Shown here piece by piece: positions 26,101 to 38,000 of a stretch of 64,000 nucleotides of DNA. The stretch is from Lepidodermella squamata (Eukaryota; Animalia; Gastrotricha): contig JBLDXI010000011.1 in assembly GCA_047495785.1 (NCBI GenBank), forward strand, positions 186,001 to 250,000, in the 5' to 3' direction. A program made the translations under genes and the position numbers. The notes beneath the pieces were generated by a model. The model was not told where the DNA came from. It made no database searches and saw only the letters and a list, made by a program, of their open reading frames with translations. Position 1 is the stretch's first letter, and each line of letters starts with the position of its first letter.

Positions 26101-27042
26101 CTGCGATTTCATAAAAGCGAAATAATATCATGATGGACTATGGCGGCGCGATTTTATTTTGCTTGGAAATATTTTTGAGCGCCCTGTCGATTGTAAGGCA
26201 TCATCATATCTCGCACATCTTCTTGATTAGCAATTTTTTGAAACTTGGTACTAATTGAAAAATTTACTCTCCATGCGCGCGCTTCACACGATATAAGTAT
26301 TGGACTTGCTCAATTCGGGCTAGCTGACTTGCGGTTTTTTGTGATTTCGCAGCGCGCGCGTAGAAAGCTTGAGACTAATAGTGTATTAGTGTATTCAAGG
26401 TAGAAAGCTGCAATTATTTGTTGCGCAATAAATGCACGCGACGTGCGGTTACGCGTAAATTTAACCAACCAATAGCAATGCGTGCGTGGAGGAAACACCG
26501 GCGGATGGGGAAATGTGCATTTATGTTCAATTTTTTGAATTTAATGATAGGGGAAGAATTACAGTTTTGTCACGTGATTCCTTCCGTTTCCATGTTGCCA
26601 ACATAACGTGAACAACTTGCAGCAGCTCTTCATTGTCCGCTTTCGCGTTGAACAGCTTATCAACTCGGTCACGCTTCATTTGCATCAAATCACTAGTCGA
26701 TACCTTGTTTTCTGTGGTGATTTCATCAATTTTCCGAATTTTGATTTTTTTAATTAATTTACCGATTAGGACTGAGCAAATGCGTTCGCAGTCTTCCTGC
26801 TCTAGGTCTTCTGTCATGCGCTCGACTCGCTGCAGCTCCAGGTCGGGATGGGTCCTAACCATGGCGGAAAGCTTGAGCCCGAGACTGCTTTTACGCTCAG
26901 ACCGAGCCGTCATCACCGTTTTCTCGCTGCCACTTCTCGCCTCCCGCTGCTGTTGTTGTTGTTTTTGTTGGTCATCATTTTCGCCCACTGCCGTTGTCGC
27001 AACATCAGTAGATAGCAATGATGATGGTGACTGGGCCATCAT
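20188..27042 (-). CDS. ~1350-aa multi-ankyrin-repeat protein with C-terminal RVxF motif and basic helical tail
   Basis: 8 phase-consistent exons: 26763-27042, 26563-26711, 24987-25461, 24214-24937, 23665-24076, 22615-23614, 21198-21629, 20188-20774 (4059 nt). Many G-x-T-P/A-L-H ankyrin motifs (GNTALHLAV, GRTPLHWAA, GDTPLHVAA). Confidence 0.85.
25554..26518. mobile_element. Non-autonomous Mutator-like (MULE) DNA element in intron 2 of the ankyrin gene
   Basis: 31-bp perfect terminal inverted repeats GCACATTTCCCCATCCGCCGGTGTTTCCTCC (imperfect to ~54 bp), flanked by a perfect 9-bp direct repeat ATTTATGTT (25545-25553 and 26519-26527). No transposase ORF. Confidence 0.8.
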
Positions 27043-28715
27043 CAGTCACAACTACTAAGTATAGGTGTATTCTAACAACTGCGGCCTAACTACTCAAGTA
27101 TTAGCAGATACACCACCTGCTGTAGGTAGGTATGGGCGCGGGAGTCTACGCACCGTTTCCTTTGTGTGTGTGCGCACACTCGTGATGAATAATTCATGCA
27201 TGGCGGCAGTGGTCGTCGTCTTTTTCGCCGCGCACAAAAATAACGCAATAAAAGAAGAACGGGCGACACGCGCCACGGGTGTAACCGCAGCATATATCAT
27301 TATCTCCATCTGCGCGTTTCCACATCGTTATCTCACTCTCTGCAAAGATGAGTGATAATGGCCGGCCGCGGACGTCTGCTCGCTTTGTCATTTCGCATTA
27401 CGAGGCAGGTGATTGCTGTTTAATTAATTGATGCAATGGTCTGTTTTCTGTCTCTTTCTCTCTCTCATCGTCTATCATAGACAGAGATTAGCCGCTTCGT
27501 GCGCTCACTACAATGGAGTGCGAGGCCGAGAACGTGCCTCATCCTGTCGCGGCCTCTATTATGCGCGCGATTTCGCTTTTAGATACATCCTGCGACAGAC
27601 GCGCGCGCATTTGTCTCATGCGCGCTCTCTAATGTTCTCGCTGCTTTAAATTAGTATCGTATCAAGTGTTTCACATCCATGTGCGCATCCTGGTGCCGGT
27701 GCCACACTCACACATAAAGCGTACAATAAGTAACAGCGTTCACTCGCCATATCAATTATTATCAATTTAGGCGAGCGACCCCGGCGAGTTAACATCCACA
27801 AGCTAATTGCTCGCCGCGCATCAGTGATGTTTTAATTGCAATCTAACAATTCTATTTTCGTTGATAAATCTTCTTCAGTTGCTTAAATCTCGGTTCCAAA
27901 ATTCTGGGATCCGCGGAATTATATTCAATTTGGAATACCCGTTCCCCTTCGATTAGGCTTGTTCCTTATCCATTTTCTAATTATTCATATTTTGTTTACC
28001 TATTAATAGACCAAACCTACCTATTTATCCTCGAATTTCCGGAGGGGTCTCAGTTTTATCTTCAAATTCAGTGTAAAATTATGTATAGGATACATTCTTC
28101 ACCATATAGAATTAATAATTGCCTCTATTTCGTAGAAATATTCGACCTGTGGGATACGCAACATACGGATTCCATCCCGCTACAGCCTCATTTGATTACG
28201 CCAAAAATATTATGTTTCCAGAGGGAATTTCAAACAAAAAGCCCGGGAGAACCCAATGGTGACTGGTTTGGTTTTCTACTTTTTATACGGTTGGACCTAA
28301 TACACCCTAAGACTTAATTGATCCCCAGTCCTGTTTTGCTAGGCATTTCACGACATTTTACGACATTGCAAATTTACTTTACATCAGAAACAAGTTTCCC
28401 TGTCTCATCCTATTTCCACTCGCTTTCTGATTTAATGAAATTTTTCATCTTCTGTTGTCACATTTTCGCAGCAGAGGGATTATGAAAATGATTATTTTAT
28501 TTTTTTAACTGCCCCGCGACTGAGTTTTTATACCCTTCGGGTTTTTAGGAAACCAGCAGATTACCAGGTTCAATTTATTACAACAACAGTTTAATGTGAA
28601 ATCATTGCCAAGGCAGATTGCTCGTTTAGGAAGTCCTCAATACCTGTTCGCCCCTTGCAATTCTGGCCTGAAAACTTTTTCTTTCATAGGAATATCTTAA
28701 GCTATTGTTACAATA

Positions 28716-29663
28716 ATGAGCGAAGAAGACGGCGGAAGTGATTTCGCGTCTCAGTCGCCCGACCAGCCGATGCAGCACCGCAGCAACATCATCGGCGTGT
28801 GCTGGCGAAAATGGTGGTCCATTGTGCATCAGCCTCTGCCGGACGCGAAATCGCCCCAGAAAATGACTCCAACCGATCGATGGCTGGTCACTGCCCTGAT
28901 TGTTCTAGTTACTCTATCACTAGCCGCATTTGTCCTCCTTCTCTCCAGCTCAATCGCTTATCGATTCTTCAGAACGGAACCTTCGAAACTCAACATGGCA
29001 AAAATCGATTTTTCGAATTTGATCGATAACACGTCGACAGCTCTACAGCAGAATCGATTTCAAAGCGTTGTGCTAATCATCGATTATTTCAGCAATGAAG
29101 AAACTGACGGCAATTCAACCATCGGCCGCGGCGCGTATGGCATGATGCGAAAAATCGAACGCATCTACGCCAATCGATTCGAATCGATCGTGCATTGCGC
29201 TCCTTACGAAAATCTAGCGAATCTTAGCCGATACTTACAAATCGATTCGCCAATGATGTGCCTAGGTCTAGCCGCGAAATCGATGGCTGATTCGAAAATC
29301 GACGGTTTCCTAGTTTTAAACGATCGTTACATCGCTAATCTTTGGTCTCTCATGAAATTCAGTGGGCTGGATTTTGCGAAAATTTGGCTGCAGAAGCCGC
29401 TTGTCGATTTCGACGATTGCTCATACTTCGAAAAGAAGCCAAATAATTTGTCGAAAATTCTGGAACATCGAACTGGTGGCTCAAGGCGTTGTTTCACCGG
29501 ATCAGCTGATTTGTATTACGTTCCCATGGGATACCAAGACCCTGCGACTGACGCGTTGGCTATAATGGCAAACTATCGGGTTCCACTTGATTTCGGAGTT
29601 CATTCGGCGTTGAGATCTCTGCCTGTTGATGACGGATCATATGTTCAATTCATCGTTGTTTAG
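28716..29663 (+). CDS. Type II membrane protein resembling the DUF288/STELLO-like putative glycosyltransferase C-terminal region
   Basis: Single-exon 315-aa ORF with one N-terminal TM helix (WLVTALIVLVTLSLAAFVLLL). DGFLVLNDRYIANLWSL, DFAKIW and CFTGSADLYYVP resemble remembered DUF288 motifs. Confidence 0.6.
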   Translation: MSEEDGGSDFASQSPDQPMQHRSNIIGVCWRKWWSIVHQPLPDAKSPQKMTPTDRWLVTALIVLVTLSLAAFVLLLSSSIAYRFFRTEPSKLNMAKIDFSNLIDNTSTALQQNRFQSVVLIIDYFSNEETDGNSTIGRGAYGMMRKIERIYANRFESIVHCAPYENLANLSRYLQIDSPMMCLGLAAKSMADSKIDGFLVLNDRYIANLWSLMKFSGLDFAKIWLQKPLVDFDDCSYFEKKPNNLSKILEHRTGGSRRCFTGSADLYYVPMGYQDPATDALAIMANYRVPLDFGVHSALRSLPVDDGSYVQFIVV

Positions 29664-29940
29664 CTTGTCTACCTCTTTTCAAAATGATTCTCGCTCTGTT
29701 CTTTTATCCGCTAGGATTGATGTATCTATTTTCATGATGATGAAATAAAGTAATTCGGAAGCTTCTTTGTTTCTTCCTAGTCAGAATATTTTCAGGTAGA
29801 TCGTGGAATGATTTTGAAACCACGAGGAATTTCGGCCGCAAGCTGAAAGCGAAAGCTTAAATAGTTCAAGATCTTTAGATTTTGGTCAAAGTTTTTGGAT
29901 GGTTTCCACACTATTTTATTCCGGAATTCACAGAAGTAAT

Positions 29941-32900
29941 TTAAAAATGATTCAAGATACGGAGATTGTTCTCCGTCAATCGATCCCAATGTTTGATTTC
30001 AATCGACGCGAATCCGAACGAGGAGATTCGTGGAAGGAGATTCGTGGAGGAGATTCGTGGAATTACGAAGAGGGCATTGATTTTCAAAAATCGCAGAAGC
30101 AGCAGAACATTTTCGAAAGTTTGCTTGTTGTTGAACGAATGTGGTGAAACGAACGCGATGACAGCGGACGAATTCGAGGCGCCTAGACGCGAATAAATAT
30201 CGATTCAATTAAGTAAAAATGGCTCATACGCAATTTTACCAATTTTTTGCAGTCGATGCAATACATCATCAGTGAAGCCGCCGTTGTTGCCGAAGTAAAT
30301 CATGGAATCTACAACTCTCGATAAATCGGAACTCGATATCGAGTCGGAAAGAGATAAGGCCTTGTAAGCAGCTGTTCGACCGCCGAAATCAATGAGTTCG
30401 ACCTTATTTCGTGACAACAGGTTATTCAAATCTTTACATAGTTAGAAATCTTACTTGTGCTGAGCCGTCGTTGATTGAAAGGTGCTGAGCTATGACGGCG
30501 ACGGCGGCTTTCACCTTCTGAAATTGATGAATAGGCACTGCGAAGGACGAATCGAGCAGGAAATGCACATCGAGTCGCTTATTCACAACTGTAATCGCGG
30601 GACGGAATAGATTCGTAAGAATCCTACAATTTTGGCTTACTTACTTTCTAAAAGGCAGGAGCTTGAGCAGCCATCACCATTAGCAGTGTTTGCGTCATCG
30701 CATTCTTCACCTCGAGAAGGCTCGAGAATTCCATTGCCACATGCCTGCAAAATACACAAAATTGCACCGCTATTCTATTGAACCTAAGACAAGACCTATG
30801 GTTCGATTAAGTGGCATGCTCTTCTAGGTCTAACAAATCGCTGAACTATTTTAAACAATTGTTTATACCTGGGTAATGAACGTGACAGTTGTGCTATGCG
30901 CCACAGTGTAAGTTACGCCAGTAGTTGACACAGCCGTGGAATATCGCGTGGACGTGGAATCGGTTGTTGAGCTAAGAGTTGATGATGCGGTGGAAGTTGG
31001 AGCTGAAGAACTGACTGGCGTTGTGGATTGTGTAACAGCTGTGCTACTTTCCGTAGTGGTGGACGTTAAACTTGTCGACGTGGACGCGGTTGGGGAACTG
31101 GTGGAATCCGTTGATGTAGTGGTAGTAACAGTAGTAGAAGTTAAATAGCTTGTTGTTGAAGTTGTGGTTGGTGTTAACGATGTCGAAGAACTGCTTGCTG
31201 TCGTGGGATATGTTGATGTTGTTGTGGTACTAGAACTAGTGAACGTTGAGCTTGTCGCACTAGTCGTTGAAGAGCTTGTTGAAGGTGCAGATGTCGAGGT
31301 TGTTGTAGATGAAGTTGTACTGCTGGTCGTTGAAGAACTAGTTGTAGTAGGGCTGGGCGAGACTTCAAACGCGTAAACGGACGTAACATTAACCGCTACG
31401 TTCCCAATATCGAATACGTAAACCCTTAGAACGTTCGAGCCAGAAGCCACCATGGCGCTTAGGCCTGATACGTTGACACTCGAGAAGCAGACTAGAGAAA
31501 GTGAGCCTGATTGCAATGCAACTGTCAGCTGGTCATTGATGAGTTGCGCGACAAACACGAAAGAAGACGAAGTTCCGTTGAAAATCGGCGAGCAGGCGGT
31601 TGAGTTGCGGAGATAGCTGCTGCCTGGCGGTCTCACGTAAGCCCACGGCCATGTTGGCGTATATGTCACGTACATTGGCCCGTTCGGCATGAGTTGCAGC
31701 CAAACAGCCAGGCCGTTCAGGTTTTGGTATGTTGCAGCATTCGGAACAGCTGCGAACAAAATCATTGACTATTCATTTCTCAAATTAATTACATCCTATT
31801 GATGACGCAAGGAAACGGTTATCTTCATATGAGCTCAGCATAGCTCAGGATATAAGAAATTTCTGCGTGCAACAGTTTGAGTGATTATGTATCTGCTGTT
31901 TTTATTTAGAAAATGTTCGTAGATTTTTATCTCGTAAAATGCGTAATGTTTTTGTTTAGAGATTGCGCTTAGTTTTGATGTTTGTTTTTGCTGATTGCTG
32001 ATTGTCGGAAACGCGGGGTAAAACTAAACTAGTGACCGATTTTTAGATTCTAAATTCTAAACCAAATCAGTGAGAGCACGCTAGGCGCGACGAGTGCAGA
32101 TACAGTGAGTGCAAGTATGTACTGGCGAGACATGGAAAAAAAATCCACTCACTAATGACGACGCAATGAAAGTTTCCCACTGCATCTAAATGTCTGCCGA
32201 AGTTGTTTTTTAGAGTCTATTGTCCGTTGAAAACATGTCCATCGGTTCCTAAAATACTGCGGGATTCGACTATTTTTCACACCTCGCACTCAGCACGCGC
32301 ACTCTCAACACTACGCCACCTGCGTGCAATGCTGGTTACACTAAAAAGCTGGACATGGCATCTCACAGTTACTGATGGCTACGACTATACGACAAGAATG
32401 ATCGGATACGCAATTTCCGATATGAAAGCTTAGCTTTAGTTCAAAACTGAGACCTTAATGATCTTGAAAAAAATCGCACCTATGGCTCATGTTTTCTGGA
32501 ATCGATTGAAATGTCAATATTGGCTACTGCATATTTCCTACAATATCTAGTCGTAATCGTAATGAACAAAAACATGACCCAGGACCAATCTGGACTCATA
32601 ATTTATGCATGGATGCATAATCACGGCATTCCGTTATTATTGCTCTCGACTCACTTGTCTGTACATCGATGAGCGTGGAAGACAATACGAAGCCAAACCA
32701 GGCGGAACTCCCGTTGGTTCTGTACCGGCTTTGAGCTCTCACCTCAAAGCGCCAGTTCGCGAACGTGCCCGGGCAGGCCTAAACCCGAAAGATCTATATA
32801 GTAAAAAGTAAAACCAAGTCAAATATGGACTTACGGCATTAGGCTTGATGCCAGCTAGGGAATCTACCGATGAATTCATGTTTCCAAGCATGTAAGACGA

Positions 32901-33122
32901 CGGCTGAGCAACAGCCCCATAAACGGTAGTGTAGTTAGCGTCGGTTATGCTGGCATTCAGCTTGTCGAATGACAAGGAGCTGACGAAGGTCGTTATGTTG
33001 TACGCTGCTGGTAGCTGCACTGCGCTGGTTGTAACGTCTGGATCGATGCCAAGCACCGAATCTCCCACCAGAGCCATCACCGCAAGGGAGAACCAAGCCG
33101 GAAAAATGGAGATCATTGACAT
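29941..33122 (-). CDS. Secreted L-type-lectin-like / Ser-Thr mucin / Cys-rich repeat / vWA protein, copy 1 (~643 aa)
   Basis: Exons 32835-33122, 32655-32778, 30869-31749, 30645-30744, 30455-30588, 30240-30402, 29941-30182 (1932 nt). Signal peptide; [29 protein letters not shown]; vWA start [10 protein letters not shown]...FQKVK. Confidence 0.8.
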
Positions 33123-35074
33123 GTAGCAGCTATCATGTACACTTGTTAAAAATGCATACACGGCTTCTATTGATAGTTAGAGCTTAGTTGAAAGTCAAAC
33201 CGAGTCAATGGGCTATGTATTAGTTTGAAAAGTTGTTCAATACTGCCACACTTTTAAAGCCAAGACAGACTGCCTAACCCTGCTCTTCAAATCCACGGAA
33301 GCCCTTCATTCACTAGGAACCAGTCAGCGCGCGACTTTCACGGGAGATGGGGCTCATCCCCCAGCTCGGCAAGACCGGACAGGAGAATGAAGGCAAGAGG
33401 CTTTGGAGCTGTTTTAGAGGGAGATCTTCAAAATTTCATCGCTTGGATCGTTTTCTTATGTTTGAAAACACTAAAAGCAAAAACAGCGAAATTCCCATTC
33501 CAGCTCCAGGATCCAAGATGGCACCCTGGAACCAGGGGAACCTCGAAGTGCCTTGTTAATGTGAAATATTCTCACCCCAAACCAAAACCTCAGAAACCTG
33601 ACGCACAGAAAGCAAGACCATTGATGATTTTTCATGACCCTGAACTTAGACTTAACTACCCCAGCATTCATATGCGTCTGATTTCATAAATCAGATCCAA
33701 AGCCCTGGCCGTCTTCATAACCCTAATCATCAAGCTTAACTGCACTAAATTGAAGTAAAAGGTCCTAGTGATGGTTTTGTAGAATGAAAGGACAGTTTCA
33801 TTGAGAATTCAGCTATATACCATGCACGCTTTGGCGTTTTAGGTTTTATGAGAACAGGCGTGGCGAAAAGGACGATGTGTCATACCAACGAGAAAACTGA
33901 GCGCAGAAGCAGCTTCGGCCTTTGAGATAATTTTGGATGCGTCAACGGCATAGAGGCTTACGACTCTAAATTGAATGCCTGAATATTTAGCGAATATGAA
34001 TTCACTAAATATTTACGCTGTTTGTATGAAAAACATGTTCAAGCCCCAGGCATTACGTGTCGGAAAGTAATGCGTTTTCAACCTTGTTCGATAAATAAGC
34101 TCTCGACTCTCGACGGTCACGGAAAAAGCGGAAGCGCCTATGATGGCTTTTTGAACTACTTTTTGGAGATGATACCTAGCTCCGTTATAAGCTCTGCAGC
34201 TAGCTGTAATAACAGTTTTAAAATCTGAATTTAACTACTGGCCACTATTTGACATTGATTATTCCAAAACCTTGATCTTACACCTCGCCCTTCTGCCCTA
34301 TTCTTTATTCGCTATGTCCGAATCCTATTTCCAAGCTCAATACCTAATGCCAGCATAGTTTCCAGCTTTGCAGCGTAACTTTTTACAGTAACTTGAGAAC
34401 AGGCGTGGTGTGGCTGCCCGATGAGTCGTAGCCACAAACAAATTATTATCACGTAGCGACTTGCGAGAGATGCGTGTATCCAATAACACAACAGCCTTGA
34501 ATCCAACCGAGGCTGAAAAGTCATAAATATTTAATGACAATTCGCAACAACGGACCAAAGAGCTTTCGTGTAGGTACTTTAACCACTGACAAAGGTTGTT
34601 CAAAATTCAGGCTGACGCAAATTGGTTGTTTTTCTAGCTTATTTTTAGCCTCTAAGGCTTATTGAACACTTGGATTTTTTCATTCCGAATTAACAAGCTA
34701 CTCGGCATGCAACCATTGGTTTTCAGCAGTGTGTTTCCGATTTCGAGGTTACCTATACTAAAAGTAGGTGAATTGATTAATTTTGCAAAAAACATTCATT
34801 TCAGCACTTGATTTCCCGAAGCGAGAAGCGATAGGTCACATGCGCAATTGTTGCAGGTCGCATTTTAGAAGCATTAAAATCAGGGAGATGGTAGAGAAAA
34901 GCAAACCTATTCTAAATCGAAATTTTTGGAATCTTCCAGCCTTAAATTCGCTCATACCTCATACTGAAACTAAAAGCATAATGGATATCCCGATGTTAAA
35001 ACGCTAAGATGGCGGCAGAATATTGAAAAAACTTCAACTATGCTCTCGTCTTTTACATCATCATAAAATGGGCA

Positions 35075-38000
35075 TCACAAATTGATCAAGTAATTTAAGG
35101 CATGATAGTTACTCTCGGCCAATCGATCCCAATGCTTGATTTCTACCGATTCGTAACCAAACGAAGAAATTCGCCGCGAAAATGTTGCGTCCAGACTTGG
35201 AAGAAGTACGAAAAAGACGCTGATTTTCAGCGATCGTAGTAAGAGTAGGAAATTTTCGGAAGTTTGCCCATCCCCAAACGAGAACGGTGAAACAAACGCG
35301 ATGACAGCCGATGAATACGAGGCACCTAGATGCAAATCAATCAGATAATCAAACATTGATCGGGCGAAGTTTCACCTATGCTTAGCAATCGATCAGCAAA
35401 ATCGCCCATGTTGCCAAAATACACCAGCGAATCGACTACTTTCGGCAAATCGGTACTCGACAAAGAGTCGGAATAAGACGTAACGTTGTAACCGGCTGAT
35501 CGGCCACCGTAATCAGTAAGTGCAACCTTCATAACGATGGGGGTCTATAGGCAAAATTGCTCGTTTCGAAATGCTCACCCGTGCTGAGCCGTCGTTGATT
35601 GAAAGGTGCTGAGCTATGACTGCAGCCGCAGCTTTGACCTTCTGGAATTGATGGATTGGCACAGTGAAGGAGGAATCGAGCAAGAAATGCACGTCGAGTC
35701 GCTTATTCACAGCTGTAATTTCTTAAAAATTAAATTCATCAGCCTCAGCTTTTCTAATATTGACGTACTCTCTAATAGGCAAGAACTTGAGCAGCCATCG
35801 CCATCCATCAAATTTCCGTCATCGCATTCTTCGCCGTTTGAAGGCTCGAACAGCCCGTTACCACAAGGCTGAAATGAAGAACGTGAAAACGATTGTGATA
35901 ACAGTTGTTAAGAACAGGACATATATAGGTCGTTTTGGTCGTGTAAAACAGTTGGTGATAGAAAACCATACCTGGAGGTTGAACATGCCAATGAGACCTA
36001 TCGCTGCAGCTGAGGTAACATCTGTACTTGAGATTATTGTGGAAATGCTTGAAGTTGACAAGGAACTAGCGATTGTGGATGTTGAACTCGACTCTGTTGT
36101 TGAGCTGCCAGTCGTTGTTGCGGTTGAAGTTGGAGCTGAAGAACTGCTTCTCGTCGTAGTAAATGTCGAGGCTGTGGTACTAGCAGTAGTAGACGTTGAC
36201 ATTGTTGTAGTTGACGTTGAAGAGCTTGTTGTTGAAGTTGTGGTTGGTGTTGAAGAAGTCGAAGAAGTGCTTGCTGTCGTAGATTCCGTTGATGTTGTCG
36301 TAGTGCTAGCAGTAGTAGACGTTGAGCTGGCCGGAGTTGAAGACGTTGAAGAGCTTGTTGAAGTTGTCGATGTTGAACTGGTAGGCGTGACAGTTGTTGT
36401 AGATGAAGATTTCGATGAAGTACTGCTGGTCGTTGACGTAGAAGTAGATGTAGTAGTCGGCGTTGGTGAGACTTCAAACGCGTAAACTGAGGTAACATTA
36501 ACATCCACATTCCAGTCATCAAATAAGTAAACCCTTAGAATATTCGAGCCAGAAGTCACCATAGAACTAAGGCCTGATACGTTGACGCTCGAGAAACAGA
36601 CTAGGGAAAGTGAGCCTGATTGCAACGCAACTGTCAGCTGGTCATTGACGAGTTGCGCAACAAAAACGAAAGAAGACGAAGTGCCGTTGAAAATCGGCGA
36701 GCAGGCGGTTGAGTTGCGGAGATAGCTGCTGCCTGGTGGTCTCACGTAAGACCATGGCCACGTGGGCGTGTATGTCACGTACATTGGCCCGTTCGGCATG
36801 AGTTGCAGCCAAACAGCCAGGCCGTTCACGTTGTTGTACGTCGCATAGCTCGTATAAGCTATAGAAAAAGCAGGAATTAGGAATTCTATGCAAACATATT
36901 CATAGTTCATAATACAATGAATCGATATTGGAATAAATGTTACTCCATAGAGTAAGTAGTGAACACGTTTGCTATGTGTAATTCCAAGAGAGATCAGAAT
37001 CGTTTCATATCACTTTCACAGTTGATGTCTTCCATATCCCCGGAAAACATTTCTAGTTGTACTGATTTTCTCAGTTTTCGTTTTCTTTCTTCTGCGTTAG
37101 CCTTGGGCGTGGAATCACCAGGACCGTAAGAATCCAGTTCACTAGCGATCTCCACTTGTTAATGAGATTCTTTTTTGTTTAGCCGAATGGGTATTATGAC
37201 TCAAAAATGAAAAACCAGTCGCCTAATCCGACATGTTTCAGCTTTTATTCAGCCATCTTCAGGGTCTGACAACAAGTAAGGAAATCAACAATCAAGTTTC
37301 GAGACTAATATTAAAACAAGTTTACCAATTTTGTCACCAATCGTTTTTTTTTCCGTGTAATTATCAAAAATTTTTGATAATTACACGGAAAAAAAAACGA
37401 TTGGTGACAAAATCAGAAGATCAGAAGATCAGAAGATGGCTGAATAAAAGCTGAAACATGTCGGATTAGGCGACTGGTTTTTCATTTCTGAGTCATAATT
37501 ATGATATCGCTTTTCCATCAAATCCTACGACTAAAAATCGAATGGGTATTGTTCATTAATTCCTCAAGGGCCCACGTGGAAATATTTCTATTTATCATGC
37601 ATTCATTGAGAGTTGGTGAGTTGGTAACTGAAAAAAATATTTCTAGTTGTGATGAACACGATTATAATTGTGCGCTCCTATCTCTTTATTCGTTGAATTT
37701 TTCTACTCGATTGAATTCCTGAGTCGAAAGTTGTGTCGGAGTAAATAAACTGTTAGCAATTTTAAAACACAAAATAAATGTTTCACCAGCTGTGCCAAGT
37801 TGGCAATAGTAAATCGCACTTAGGTAAAAAACGTGATCGAAGTTGCGATTCAAGTCGACACAGTTTCAAATTATCGCTTACATTTCCGAGCGCAGGAATA
37901 CACCTACAATGTCTATTTTTCTCACCAATCGAATTTTATTCATCGATTGAACATACGCGTTGATCGCAATATCAGAGTAAATAAACTGTTTCAAAACAAA

